Positions 1 to 9,527 of a stretch of DNA of 32,000 nucleotides are shown here, one piece after another. Under the pieces are notes generated by a model. The model did not search any database. It was not told the DNA's origin and saw only the letters and a program-made list of their open reading frames with translations. The translations under genes and the position numbers were made by a program. How positions within the stretch are numbered: the first letter of the stretch is position 1; every line of letters starts with the position of its first letter. The stretch comes from Wolbachia endosymbiont of Litomosoides sigmodontis (GTDB taxonomy: Bacteria > Pseudomonadota > Alphaproteobacteria > Rickettsiales > Anaplasmataceae): NCBI RefSeq assembly GCF_013365435.1, contig NZ_CP046577.1:960001-992000 (forward strand), written 5' to 3'.

Positions 1-860
1 GTTCTCTAGGAGTTATGCTAGATGATATTATAGCTGCAATTTTAGCCTGTATTCTTATAGGGGCTTTCTACTGTCTGTGTATGCGGGATAAGAAAATTTA
101 TTATTCAAGCTTAGTTACTCAAAATCTAAAGGATTATATACTTTATGCAGCGGATTTATCTAAATGGGAAGTACATGATAAATTCGATAACGTTACATTC
201 ACAATAAATGGTACTAGAGAGTCATTATTTAATTTTGTGTTTTGTGAAGATCAACGTACTGAGCTTTCTGTACAAAAAACTTTAGCTTATCTCAAAGCAA
301 GAGATATAGAAGCAACATGGGTAATGAATTCGCATACAAAGACACAGGGCATTTTAGAAAAGTGTGGAATAAAACACGTTAGCACACCAAAAAAAGTTTT
401 ACTTAATATGAAAAATTACTTCTTACCAGCTGATGTAGTTCCAGGCTTAAAGTTGAACGCCGTAACTAGTAGCACTCTCTTAGAACAGTTAGATTCATAT
501 ACTTCTAAGATTTTTCACCATAGTACTGGAATTGTTAGTACATTTTTTCGTGGGTTATCAAGTTATGATGATAAAAATTCAAGGTTAAGATTTTTTCTTG
601 TAACACTAGACAATGAAATTATTGGAACATGCGGCTTTTATACCCAAGACGGAATAGCAGGTTTTTATAGTGATGGAGTTTTGCCAATTTATAGAAATCG
701 TGGGATAGGTACACAAATGGTTTTAGAAAGAATCAAAATAATTCAGCAGCTTGAATGCAAATATGTAGTAGCACATTGCATGAAACCTTCTATTAACCTT
801 TATAAAAGACTGGGTTTTCAGATATTAGGCAATCTTTACTTGTACACTTCTTCAGCGTAA
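1..860 (+). CDS. 5'-partial ORF: PgpA-like C-terminal helix continuing in frame into a GNAT-family N-acetyltransferase domain
   Basis: The frame is open from nt 3 (S-L-G-V-MLDDIIAAILACILIGAFY). This resembles the conserved C-terminal G-x-M-x-DD-hydrophobic helix of phosphatidylglycerophosphatase A. The same frame runs without a stop into a GNAT fold with acetyl-CoA motif A (YRNRGIGTQMVLERI) and a typical C-terminal KRLGFQ. Confidence 0.6.
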   Translation, partial: SLGVMLDDIIAAILACILIGAFYCLCMRDKKIYYSSLVTQNLKDYILYAADLSKWEVHDKFDNVTFTINGTRESLFNFVFCEDQRTELSVQKTLAYLKARDIEATWVMNSHTKTQGILEKCGIKHVSTPKKVLLNMKNYFLPADVVPGLKLNAVTSSTLLEQLDSYTSKIFHHSTGIVSTFFRGLSSYDDKNSRLRFFLVTLDNEIIGTCGFYTQDGIAGFYSDGVLPIYRNRGIGTQMVLERIKIIQQLECKYVVAHCMKPSINLYKRLGFQILGNLYLYTSSA

Positions 861-915
861 CTTAACATACCCTTACCAAGGGGTTATAAATTTTTACGTC
901 TGTTTTAAAGGTACT

Positions 916-2052
916 ATGTTTTTTCTGTACGAAGTAGTTTTATTATTAATTTTAATATTATTCTTTCTTTCTTATTCTAAATTGAAAGTGGATAATAAAA
1001 TTAAGAGTTTACAACATCAAAATATTATAATAAATAATTTAATTGATACTGTAGATGATGGTTTTTATATTTGGGATGCAAAAAAACGTATAGAAAAATT
1101 TTCTCCTAACTTATTGATTTTACTTAATACTGTTTTTTACTCATTTAATGAATTTGCAAATTTTTTCGAGCAATCGGAAAGCTTAATTAAAAATTTTACT
1201 GAGGCAAAGGAAATAAATAAATCTTTCACTTTGGATTTAAAGTCAAAAGACGGTGAAGTTTATTGTATGTGTTACGGAAGAAGCATAATAGACGATTCTA
1301 ACAAAGTGATTGGTGTGCTGTTGTGGATAAGAAATATTTCAGACTACAAGATAAAAGCTAATGCACTTGAATTAGAAAACAACAAACTCATACAAGAGAT
1401 AGAAAATTATAGAAATATTTTTAACTCTTTGCCATTTCCAATACTAAAATATAATGAGAATAAAAAAGTAAAGTTCTGTAACTTGTTTTATGATAAATAT
1501 ATAAATAGCTCTCAGAGATTAGCTGTAGTTAGTAGCGTCTATAACACAAAATCAGGAAAACATGTGATCACTTGTAAAAACGAACGCAAGGTTTTTGATT
1601 TTATAAAAATTCCAATACGAAGTTCCGGCAGTATGGTGATATATGGAAAAGATATTAGTGATGCAGAGGGGTTGCGCGCTGAATTAGACAGCTACCTGGC
1701 TACACAGAAAAATTTACTTGAGGAATTACCAATTGCTATCGCAATATATAGTAAGAATCAAAAACTAAAATTCTACAATAACGCTTTTGTAAAAAGCTTC
1801 CAACTTGATACAAAATTTTTGATATCTTATCCAACTTATCATGAAATTATGCTTTATCTATTCGAATCTAAAAAGCTTTTAGAAAAAGAAAATTTCCAAA
1901 CCATTAGTAACCAAAGGCATGAGTTGTTTAAAAAATTATTTGGACCACATAATGATACAATCCATCTCACAAACGGAAAAATATTCAGAATACTAACGAT
2001 ACCCTACGCTTCAGAAGGTTTACTCTTTGCATATAAGGAATATAAAAGATAG
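916..2052 (+). CDS. membrane-anchored multi-PAS-like sensor protein with no transmitter (kinase) domain
   Basis: 378-aa ORF with an N-terminal hydrophobic helix (FFLYEVVLLLILILFFL). It has three PAS-like blocks: LIDTVDDGFYIWDAKKRIEKFSPN; IFNSLPFPILKYNENKKVKFCN; LLEELPIAIAIYSKNQKLKFYNNAFVKSF...YHEIMLYLFESKKL. No H-box or ATPase motifs. The stop lies 3 nt from the convergent sdhB stop. Confidence 0.55.
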   Translation: MFFLYEVVLLLILILFFLSYSKLKVDNKIKSLQHQNIIINNLIDTVDDGFYIWDAKKRIEKFSPNLLILLNTVFYSFNEFANFFEQSESLIKNFTEAKEINKSFTLDLKSKDGEVYCMCYGRSIIDDSNKVIGVLLWIRNISDYKIKANALELENNKLIQEIENYRNIFNSLPFPILKYNENKKVKFCNLFYDKYINSSQRLAVVSSVYNTKSGKHVITCKNERKVFDFIKIPIRSSGSMVIYGKDISDAEGLRAELDSYLATQKNLLEELPIAIAIYSKNQKLKFYNNAFVKSFQLDTKFLISYPTYHEIMLYLFESKKLLEKENFQTISNQRHELFKKLFGPHNDTIHLTNGKIFRILTIPYASEGLLFAYKEYKR

Positions 2053-2055
2053 AAC

Positions 2056-2844
2056 TTAAAATCCTTCTCTTTCTACCATAAGCTGTTTTATTTTCGCTAT
2101 TGCTTTCGCTGGATTAAGCCCTTTAGGGCAGGTTTTCGTGCAATTCATTATTGTATGACAACGATACAACTTGAATGGGTCATTTAATGCATAAAGTCTT
2201 TCATCTGTTTTATTATCACGACTATCAACAATCCACCTGTAAACTTGTAATAGTATCGCTGGCCCTAAAAATTTATCATTATTCCACCAATAACTTGGGC
2301 AACCAGTAGAACAGCAAGCACATAATATACAATCAGAAAGGCCATCCAATTTTTTTCTATCTTCAGGAGATTGTAAATATTCTTGATTTAACAAATGAGA
2401 CTTATCTGCCTGTAACCAAGGACTAACTGACTTATACTGCTCATAAAATTGGGTCAAGTCTGAAACTAGATCTTTTATTACATACATATGAGGTAATGGA
2501 TATATTTTTATATCACCCTTTATATCTGATATAGATTTAGTACATGCAAGAGTATTTGTTCCATCAATATTCATAGCACAAGATCCACATATCCCTTCCC
2601 TACAAGAGCGTCTAAAAGTCAAGGTGGAATCTATTTCATCCTTTATTTTTATTAACGCATCAAGCACCATAGAGCCACAATCATCCATATCAATGAAAAA
2701 CATATCTACTCTAGGATTTTTCTCACCATCAGCAGACCAACGGTAAATTTGAAATCTTCTAACATTTTTTGCTCTAATAGGAGCAGGATAAATCTTGCCT
2801 TTTTCATTAACTTTAGAATTTTTTGGCAAAGAAAATTGGATCAT
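2056..2844 (-). CDS. sdhB: succinate dehydrogenase iron-sulfur subunit
   Basis: 262 aa with three Fe-S cysteine clusters: [49 protein letters not shown]. Confidence 0.95.
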   Translation of the reverse strand: MIQFSLPKNSKVNEKGKIYPAPIRAKNVRRFQIYRWSADGEKNPRVDMFFIDMDDCGSMVLDALIKIKDEIDSTLTFRRSCREGICGSCAMNIDGTNTLACTKSISDIKGDIKIYPLPHMYVIKDLVSDLTQFYEQYKSVSPWLQADKSHLLNQEYLQSPEDRKKLDGLSDCILCACCSTGCPSYWWNNDKFLGPAILLQVYRWIVDSRDNKTDERLYALNDPFKLYRCHTIMNCTKTCPKGLNPAKAIAKIKQLMVEREGF

Positions 2845-2937
2845 ATTGCTTACCTTTTATCGTCTATAACTAAAAGCCCCTTTGCTTTATGAATAACATA
2901 TTTTGGCATCATCTACTATATTTTTATTAAATTCTTT

Positions 2938-3420
2938 TTAAATTGCACATATATTGTAGCCAAGCGAAGTTAAAATCTTACCTTCCAGGCTTTTCATTAC
3001 AACTTCCTCACTTTTTTTTTTGTGATCATAGCCAATTAAATGCAATAATCCATGCACTAACATATGCGCAACATGAGCCAGAATTGGTATATGATACTCA
3101 TCTGATTCTTTTCTCACTGTGTCTATTGAAATTGCTATGTCTCCTAAGTCGCATTCACTAGACAATTGCTCGCACGGAAATGATAGCACATTAGTTGGCT
3201 TATCCATCTGTCTAAATCTTAAATTAAGTTGATGCAGCAAATTATCATCAGCAAGAGCAATCGATATATTCGGGTTATATTGGCCTATTTTCAACTCTTT
3301 GAGAAAGGCATTTATAATATTCAATATAAAGCTCTCTGGATCCTCTATAATGCTGTACCATTTCTTATCAAGAATATTTACTTCTAGCATGAGCAACATA
3401 CTAAGAGTGGCGTTATACAC
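2938..3420 (-). CDS. ybeY: rRNA maturation endoribonuclease YbeY
   Basis: 160 aa with the zinc motif [15 protein letters not shown] and the NVLSFP block. The true start may be one of the internal Met codons at 3399 or 3390. Confidence 0.9.
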   Translation of the reverse strand: MYNATLSMLLMLEVNILDKKWYSIIEDPESFILNIINAFLKELKIGQYNPNISIALADDNLLHQLNLRFRQMDKPTNVLSFPCEQLSSECDLGDIAISIDTVRKESDEYHIPILAHVAHMLVHGLLHLIGYDHKKKSEEVVMKSLEGKILTSLGYNICAI

Positions 3421-3456
3421 TTGAATGACATCATTCGTGAATTAAAATGACAAGTA

Positions 3457-3857
3457 CTACACATCACTTATTTTTACTATTTCATTCCATTTGATTCTAA
3501 AACTAGAGAAATTGATAAGCGTACTTGTTTTAAAATGACTAAAGTTTTCTAAAAGAAGACTTCTTTTTATATCACTTAACGTTACTTGGTTAAGTAAAGG
3601 CTTAGAAAATCTTACACCTACCAACCCAAATTTAAAACCATTAACATGGTGGTACTTTTTAAATACTTCAGCTACTCCAAATATTACTTTCTCTTTACTT
3701 ATATGATAAAAAAATGCAAAATCACCTAATTTTATAATTTCCATATAATTTTGAGCTTGATAATTGTATACACCATCTCACACCTAACTTCCTACTCTCT
3801 TTCCATTCTTTATTATGAAAACTTACTTGCTCTGACTTAAGTAGTTAAAATTGGCAT
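3457..3857 (-). pseudogene. EVE-domain (PUA-like, thymocyte nuclear protein 1-like) gene, disrupted
   Basis: The 95-aa ORF 3457..3744 (KLGDFAFFYH...GVAEV) is the C-terminal part of an EVE domain. Upstream, the same frame reads V-TGA-DGVYNYQAQNY, matching the W-x-GVRNYQARN motif with TGA where W is expected. Preceding residues (LLKSEQVSFHNKEW) lie in another frame. A TAG also lies in that stretch. A candidate ATG at 3855-3857 overlaps the ftsZ stop as TAATG. Confidence 0.7.
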
Positions 3858-5044
3858 TATTTCTTTCTTCTTAAATAAGCTGGTATGTCATAGATATTGC
3901 TACTCCACTTAACTCTTTCACTTGCTTGTTCAGCTTGTTTTGTCTCTGGAAATGGAATTTGGCTGTAAGACCACTCGAATTTTTCCTCCTCTGAAGTCAA
4001 ATCTTGATTTGTAGATAAAGCTTCTGTTTTATCATTATAAGTAACGCTATAATCAATGCCAGTTGCAAGAACAGAAACCCTAACTCTTCCTTCCATTGCT
4101 TGATCAAAGGTAGCACCAAATATTATATTTGCATTTTCATCTACTTCTTCACGCACTCTATTCGCTGCAGCATCAACTTCAAACAGAGTCATATCTGCAC
4201 CACCAGTAATATTAATCAATATTCCTTGTGCTCCTTTCATTGATACATTATCAAGCAATGGATTAGATATCGCAGCTTCTGCAGCACTGACTGCTCTATC
4301 TTCTCCCCCTGCCTCCCCAGTACCAATCATTGCTTTACCCATTTCGCTCATTACTGTTTCTATATCAGCAAAATCAAGATTAATGAGCCCTGGCATAACC
4401 ATTAAGTCAGTTACCCCTCTAATGCCAATATGCAGTACATTGTCAGCAAGCTTAAACGCATCAGAGAATGTAGTTTTTTCATTGGCAACCCTAAATAAGT
4501 TTTGGTTTGGAATGACAATAAGCGTATCTACGCATTTTTGTAATTCTTCAAGTCCAAGCTCCGCAATACGCATACGGCGCACACCTTCAAAGTCAAATGG
4601 CTTAGTTACAACCCCAACAGTTAATATCTTTTTTTTTGACGCTTTATCCTTAATTGCAGCACCTGTCTCTCTTGCTGCTTTTGCAATTACTGGTGCTGCA
4701 CCTGTTCCAGTACCACCACCCATCCCTGCCGTAATGAAAAGCATATGACTATCTTTTATATGTTCCATAATCTCATCGATTGACTCTTCTGCCGCACCTT
4801 TGCCAACATTAGGCAAAGCACCAGCACCAAGACCCTTAGTTAAATTAATACCTAGCTGAATCTTCTTATTACATAACGATTTTTCTAATGCTTGAGCATC
4901 GGTATTTGCTACAACAAAATTCACTCCTTGCAAATCAGATTGGATCATATTGTTCACAGCATTCCCACCAGCACCTCCCACTCCCACAACGGTAATTCTT
5001 GGGTGTAATATAGGCATCTCTGGTAAATTAAGGTCAATTGACAT
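3857..5044 (-). CDS. ftsZ: cell division GTPase FtsZ
   Basis: 395 aa with the tubulin signature [13 protein letters not shown], an N-terminal [14 protein letters not shown] block, and a C-terminal [10 protein letters not shown] tail. Confidence 0.97.
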   Translation of the reverse strand: MSIDLNLPEMPILHPRITVVGVGGAGGNAVNNMIQSDLQGVNFVVANTDAQALEKSLCNKKIQLGINLTKGLGAGALPNVGKGAAEESIDEIMEHIKDSHMLFITAGMGGGTGTGAAPVIAKAARETGAAIKDKASKKKILTVGVVTKPFDFEGVRRMRIAELGLEELQKCVDTLIVIPNQNLFRVANEKTTFSDAFKLADNVLHIGIRGVTDLMVMPGLINLDFADIETVMSEMGKAMIGTGEAGGEDRAVSAAEAAISNPLLDNVSMKGAQGILINITGGADMTLFEVDAAANRVREEVDENANIIFGATFDQAMEGRVRVSVLATGIDYSVTYNDKTEALSTNQDLTSEEEKFEWSYSQIPFPETKQAEQASERVKWSSNIYDIPAYLRRKK

Positions 5045-5209
5045 TTAAATTACTCAAATTCAGTAAATTTACTTGATAATAAGTTACTATCTTTTTAGTA
5101 ACATGCAAATACTTTTCATCTCCACAGACATAAATAGCAAACATGGTTTACTTATTCCCAACATTTATATTAATAATTACCATCAATCACTAGATGGTAA
5201 CTATTAATA

Positions 5210-6105
5210 CCAATTCCCACTGAGCAAGGAACGGATAGATAATGATGAGAAAGAAGTCATGCTGAAGTAAGTGAAATAACAAAGATTTAAATGGCGTTGA
5301 AATCAAAATTATCTGATAAAAAAGTTGTAAAATCAGCAAAAGAAATGCTGAAGAAAGTGCAAAATAGCGCACATATTGCAAAAAACTAAATGCTGCAATT
5401 GCAGTAAAAAGCACAATATAATAGCTGTAGCAAAAATACGCTGTATTTCAAGAACAGCACCACTGCATGGATAAATCATCTTAAATTTGAAAAAAGTAAA
5501 ATTATTTATTCTTTCAAAGCCATAAAAAACTAAATTAAATCAGAGTCAATTTGAATAAGTTGAAGTATGAATACAAGGAAACCTTATGTTATCATTAAGG
5601 AATGAAGATAATAATCAGGGAAAATTTGACTTGAGTATTAGCAAGTCTACAGCACATCTTAATATGCAAAAAATGTTATACATTACACCAAGACTAACTT
5701 GCAATGAACAAGATAAAGGTGGACAAGAGGAGTTAAAAAAAACTTGACGAGATTATTAGTAAGTATCTCAAAAAAAGTTACTTTTCTTTAATGAATTGTG
5801 GTTTAGCACACATTCAGAAGTTGGATACTGGTGATTAAAAAAGGATGTTAAAACGCAGATTAAAGTAAAATTAGGTAGATAAAGTTTTTACTTCTACAAT
5901 GCAGCCCATTTTAGAAATGGGAAGAATTCTATCTTATTTGCATCGAATGTCAACACTGATTATATAAATATGTTTCTTGAACAAATGTTGCAGTATTTAG
6001 AAACATGAAGAGCATTTCTTGTCATGAATTGTGCTAGTTAGTATAAGTAGAAAAATTTAAATGTACCTAAAAATATTGAGATTACATACCTACCATCATA
6101 CTTAT
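5210..6105 (+). mobile_element. degenerate IS630/Tc1-mariner-like element, copy A (3'-truncated)
   Basis: Begins TA|CCAATTCCCACTG. It carries a decayed HTH region and transposase body full of stops. It breaks off inside the YLPSY... (LPPYSPDLNPIE-like) block at the TA at 6105-6106. It is a near-identical inverted copy of 6292..7187. Confidence 0.8.
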
Positions 6106-6106
6106 A

Positions 6107-7187
6107 CTAATTCTCGTTATTAATTGGTTAAATAAGTAAAATTGCAAAGTTATTTGATTGCGAATGAGAAAGAGAGGTAATATGTTTATATAAAGTGCTT
6201 CCAAGCAAAGCAATTATGTTATAAACTTTATTATGCAAAATGGTCTGTTTATATAGATAACCAAAGTCTCTCAATAGGATTGAATTTAGGTAAGTATGTG
6301 ATGGTAGATATATAGTCTTAATATTTTTAGGCACATTAAAATTTTTCTACTTATACTAACTAGTACAATTCATGACAAGAAATGCTCTTCATGTTTCTAA
6401 ATACTGCAACATTTGTTCAAGAAACATATTTATACAATCAGTGTTGACATTCGATGCAAATAAGATAGAATTCTTCCCATTTCTAAAATGGGCTGCATTG
6501 TAGAAGTAAAAACTTTATCTACCTAATTTTACTTTAATCTGCGTTTTAACATCCTTTTTTAATCACCCGTATCCAACTTCTGAATGTGTGCTAAACCACA
6601 ATTCATTAAAGAAAAGTAACTTTTTTTGAGATACTTACTAATAATCTCGTCAAGTTTTTTTAACTCCTCTTGTCCACCTTTATCTTGTTCATTGCAAGTT
6701 AGTCTTGGTGTAATGTATAACATTTTTTGCATATTAAGATGTGCTGTAGACTTGCTAATACTCAAGTCAAATTTTCCCTGATTATTATCTTCATTCCTTA
6801 ATGATAACATAAGGTTTCCTTGTATTCATACTTCAACTTATTCAAATTGACTCTGATTTAATTTAGTTTTTTATGGCTTTGAAAGAATAAATAATTTTAC
6901 TTTTTCCAAATTTAAGATGATTTATCCATGCAGTGGTGCTGTTCTTGAAATACAGCGTATTTTTGCTACAGCTATTATATTGTGCTTTTTACTGCAATTG
7001 CAGCATTTAGTTTTTTGCAATATGTGCGCTATTTTGCACTTTCTTCAGCATTTCTTTTGCTGATTTTACAACTTTTTTATCAGATAATTTTGATTTCAAC
7101 GCCATTTAAATCTTTGTTATTTCACTTACTTCAGCATGACTTCTTTCTCATCATTATCTATCCGTTCCTTGCTCAGTGAGAATTAGG
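6107..7187 (-). mobile_element. degenerate IS630-like element, copy B (full length, about 1.08 kb, no intact transposase)
   Basis: The right-end terminus reads TA|CTAATTCTCGTTATTAATTGG on the + strand at 6105. ORF 6128..6334 keeps YLPSHTYLNSILLRDF (a relic of YLPPYSPDLNPIE). ORF 6559..6810 keeps the mid-transposase region. The left end is at about 7187. Confidence 0.8.
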
Positions 7188-7281
7188 CATAAGTAGGTTA
7201 CCACTTCACTATAAAATAAGTTTCCCTTACAAACTGTTTTGCTAATATTAATTCTCACACTAAACTCTAAATTAACTATAA

Positions 7282-7851
7282 ATGATGAAAAAGATAAAAT
7301 TAGGAATATTAATTTCAGATAGGGGATCAAACATGCAAGCATTGATGAAAGCATGTCAAGATTACAGCTTTCCTGCAGAAATGGCATGTGTTATCTCAAA
7401 TAATAATAAAGCTGCTGGTCTAAAAGTAGCAGAGCAGGCAGGAATGCCAACGTTTATTGTTAAAAATAAACCACTTGATGTTGATAAAATTCATGAAATA
7501 CTCGTTCAATATAAAGTCAATTTAGTTTGCCTTGCGGGATTTATGAGAATTCTCAAAGCTGACTTTCTTAGTAAATGGCATGGCAAAGTTATAAATATTC
7601 ATCCTTCTTTACTTCCTTCTTTTAAGGGACTAAATGCCCAGGAACAAGCTCTGAAAGCAGGTGTAAAAATTACAGGTTGTACTGTACATTACGTCACTCC
7701 TGAAGTTGATTCTGGAACTATAATTGCTCAAGCTGCTGTACCAGTGTTACCAAATGATACTATTCATAGTCTCTCAGAACGAATCTTAACTGAAGAGCAT
7801 AAATGTTACGTGAAAGCAGTAAAGTTAATAGCAATACTAAGTAAAAACTAG
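7282..7851 (+). CDS. purN: phosphoribosylglycinamide formyltransferase
   Basis: 189 aa with ILISDRGSNMQAL at the N-terminus, the catalytic block NIHPSLLPSFKG, and GCTVHYVTPEVDSGTIIAQ. Confidence 0.93.
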   Translation: MMKKIKLGILISDRGSNMQALMKACQDYSFPAEMACVISNNNKAAGLKVAEQAGMPTFIVKNKPLDVDKIHEILVQYKVNLVCLAGFMRILKADFLSKWHGKVINIHPSLLPSFKGLNAQEQALKAGVKITGCTVHYVTPEVDSGTIIAQAAVPVLPNDTIHSLSERILTEEHKCYVKAVKLIAILSKN

Positions 7852-8036
7852 AAAGACCGTAAAAGTACAGCTATCTTTTCCTTTATCAACCGCATTTTCA
7901 TTTTTAAAAAGGTATGATAAAACCTCAACTTTGCCTTTTTATTAACTGTATTACTATTAGCTTATTTACTATTATCTCCTTTCAGCATTTTCTTTAAAAA
8001 ACGAACCTCTTGTCGTTTTTCTCTGTCTTTCTTATA

Positions 8037-9115
8037 TCAATTCCCACTGTTAATAGACTAACAAGTGACATTGCAGAATTGCTTAATTCGGAGTGAAAAA
8101 GAGAGAAATAAATTTGCACAAAGTGCTTCCAAGTAAGGCAATTATATCATAAACTCTATTACGCAAATAGCTCTGTTTTATATACAATCAAAGTCTCTCA
8201 ATAGGATAAAACTTAGGTGGTATGATGGTAGGTATATAATCTTGATATTTTAAAATATCTTTAAATTTCTCTACTTATGTAGATTAGCATAATCCATGAT
8301 AATAAATGCTTCTCATGTCCTTAAACATTGCAACATTTATTCAAGAAATATATTCATATAATCAGTGTTGACATTCTGTATTAATAAGTTAGAGCTCTCT
8401 CCATTTCTAGGATTAACTGCACTGTAGAGATAAAAATTTTATTTACCTAATTTTACTTCAGCCTACGCTCTAACACCATTTTCAAATCATCCGTGTCCAA
8501 CTTTCGAATGTGTACTAAACTGCAATCCATCAAAGATGAGTAACTTTTTTTAAGATATTTGCTAATAGTTTCATTAAGTTTTTTTAAACTCTTCCTATTT
8601 ATCTTTATCTTGTTCATTGTAAATTGATCTTGGCATAATATATAAAAACTTCATTTTTCGCACATTAAGATGTGCTATAGACTTACTAATACTCAAGCCA
8701 AATTTTTCCTGATTATTATCCTCATTCCTTAATAGAAACATTAAGATTTTTTTGTATCCATACTTCAACTTGTTCAAATTAACTCTGATTCAATCTAATT
8801 TTTTTACAGCTTTGAAAGAGTAAACAATTTTACTTCTTTTCCAAATTTTAGGTGATTTGCCCATGCAGTAGCGCTGTTCTTGAAATGCAGCGTATTTTTG
8901 CTATGGCTATTATACAGTGCTTTTTGCTGTGATTAAAGCATTTAGTTTTTTGCAAAATATACATTATTTCTCACTTTCTTCAACACTTCTTTTGTCTATT
9001 CCACAACTTTATTTTGATTTTAAACGCTATTTAACTTCGCTATTTTACTTACTTCAATATAGCTCCCCCCCCTTTTCCACTATTGCCTAATCCATCCCAG
9101 TACAGCTAAAATTAG
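8037..9115 (-). mobile_element. degenerate IS630-like element, copy C (full length)
   Basis: Right-end terminus TA|TCAATTCCCACTGTTAATAG at 8035. The body is collinear with copy B at roughly 80% by eye. The left end is at ...AAATTAG|TA at 9115. Confidence 0.8.
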
Positions 9116-9508
9116 TATTAGAACACAGGTTAAAGTAAAATTAGGTAGATAAAATTTTCATCTCTATAGTGCAGTTAATCCTAAGAATAGAAAGAGCTCT
9201 AATAAATGTTGCAATATTTAAAGACATGAGAAGCTTTTATTATCAGGGATTATGCTAGTCTACATAAGTAGAGAAATTTAAAGATATTTTAAAATATCAA
9301 GATTATATACCTACCATCATACTCACCTAAATTTTATCCTATTGAGAGACTTTAGTTGTATATAAAACAGAGCATTTTGCGTAATAAAGTTTATGATATA
9401 ATTGCCTTATTTGAGAGCACTTTGTACAAATTTATCATCTCTTTTTCTCACTCAGCAATTAAACGACTCTCAATGTCACTTATCTGACCTATTAACAATT
9501 ATAATTAG
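9116..9508 (+). mobile_element. IS630-like right-half fragment, copy D, inverted against copy C
   Basis: Starts TA|TTAGAACACAGGTTAAAGTAAAATTAGG (element position about 645), directly abutting the left terminus of C. It ends ...ATAATTAG|TA at 9508. It carries an internal deletion of about 50 bp relative to C. Confidence 0.75.
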
Positions 9509-9527
9509 TATAAACACTTGTGTAAGG

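Noticed and set aside
4383-4748. 121-aa ORF antisense to ftsZ. Similar antisense ORFs occur inside ybeY (2943..3161), sucA (9558.., 10471.., 10977.., 11754..), ribD (17073.., 17379..17864), dgt (18627.., 19066.., plus a same-strand frame-shifted ORF at 19032..19214), lolD (19802..20071), the hydrolase (20919..21134), the desulfurase (22445..22639) and the 5' end of era (29752..30033).
   Set aside because: All lie entirely within strongly supported genes, on the opposite strand or in an alternative frame. They have low-complexity or odd composition and show no recognisable motifs, so they are shadow ORFs.
5190-5414. Identical hydrophobic ORFs of 65-74 aa (5190..5414 minus strand and 6982..7179 plus strand) that look like a duplicated small membrane protein.
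   Set aside because: They are the antisense reading of the decayed HTH region of IS copies A and B. Their identity simply reflects the inverted duplication. Related but broken versions occur in the other copies (for example 31733..31939).
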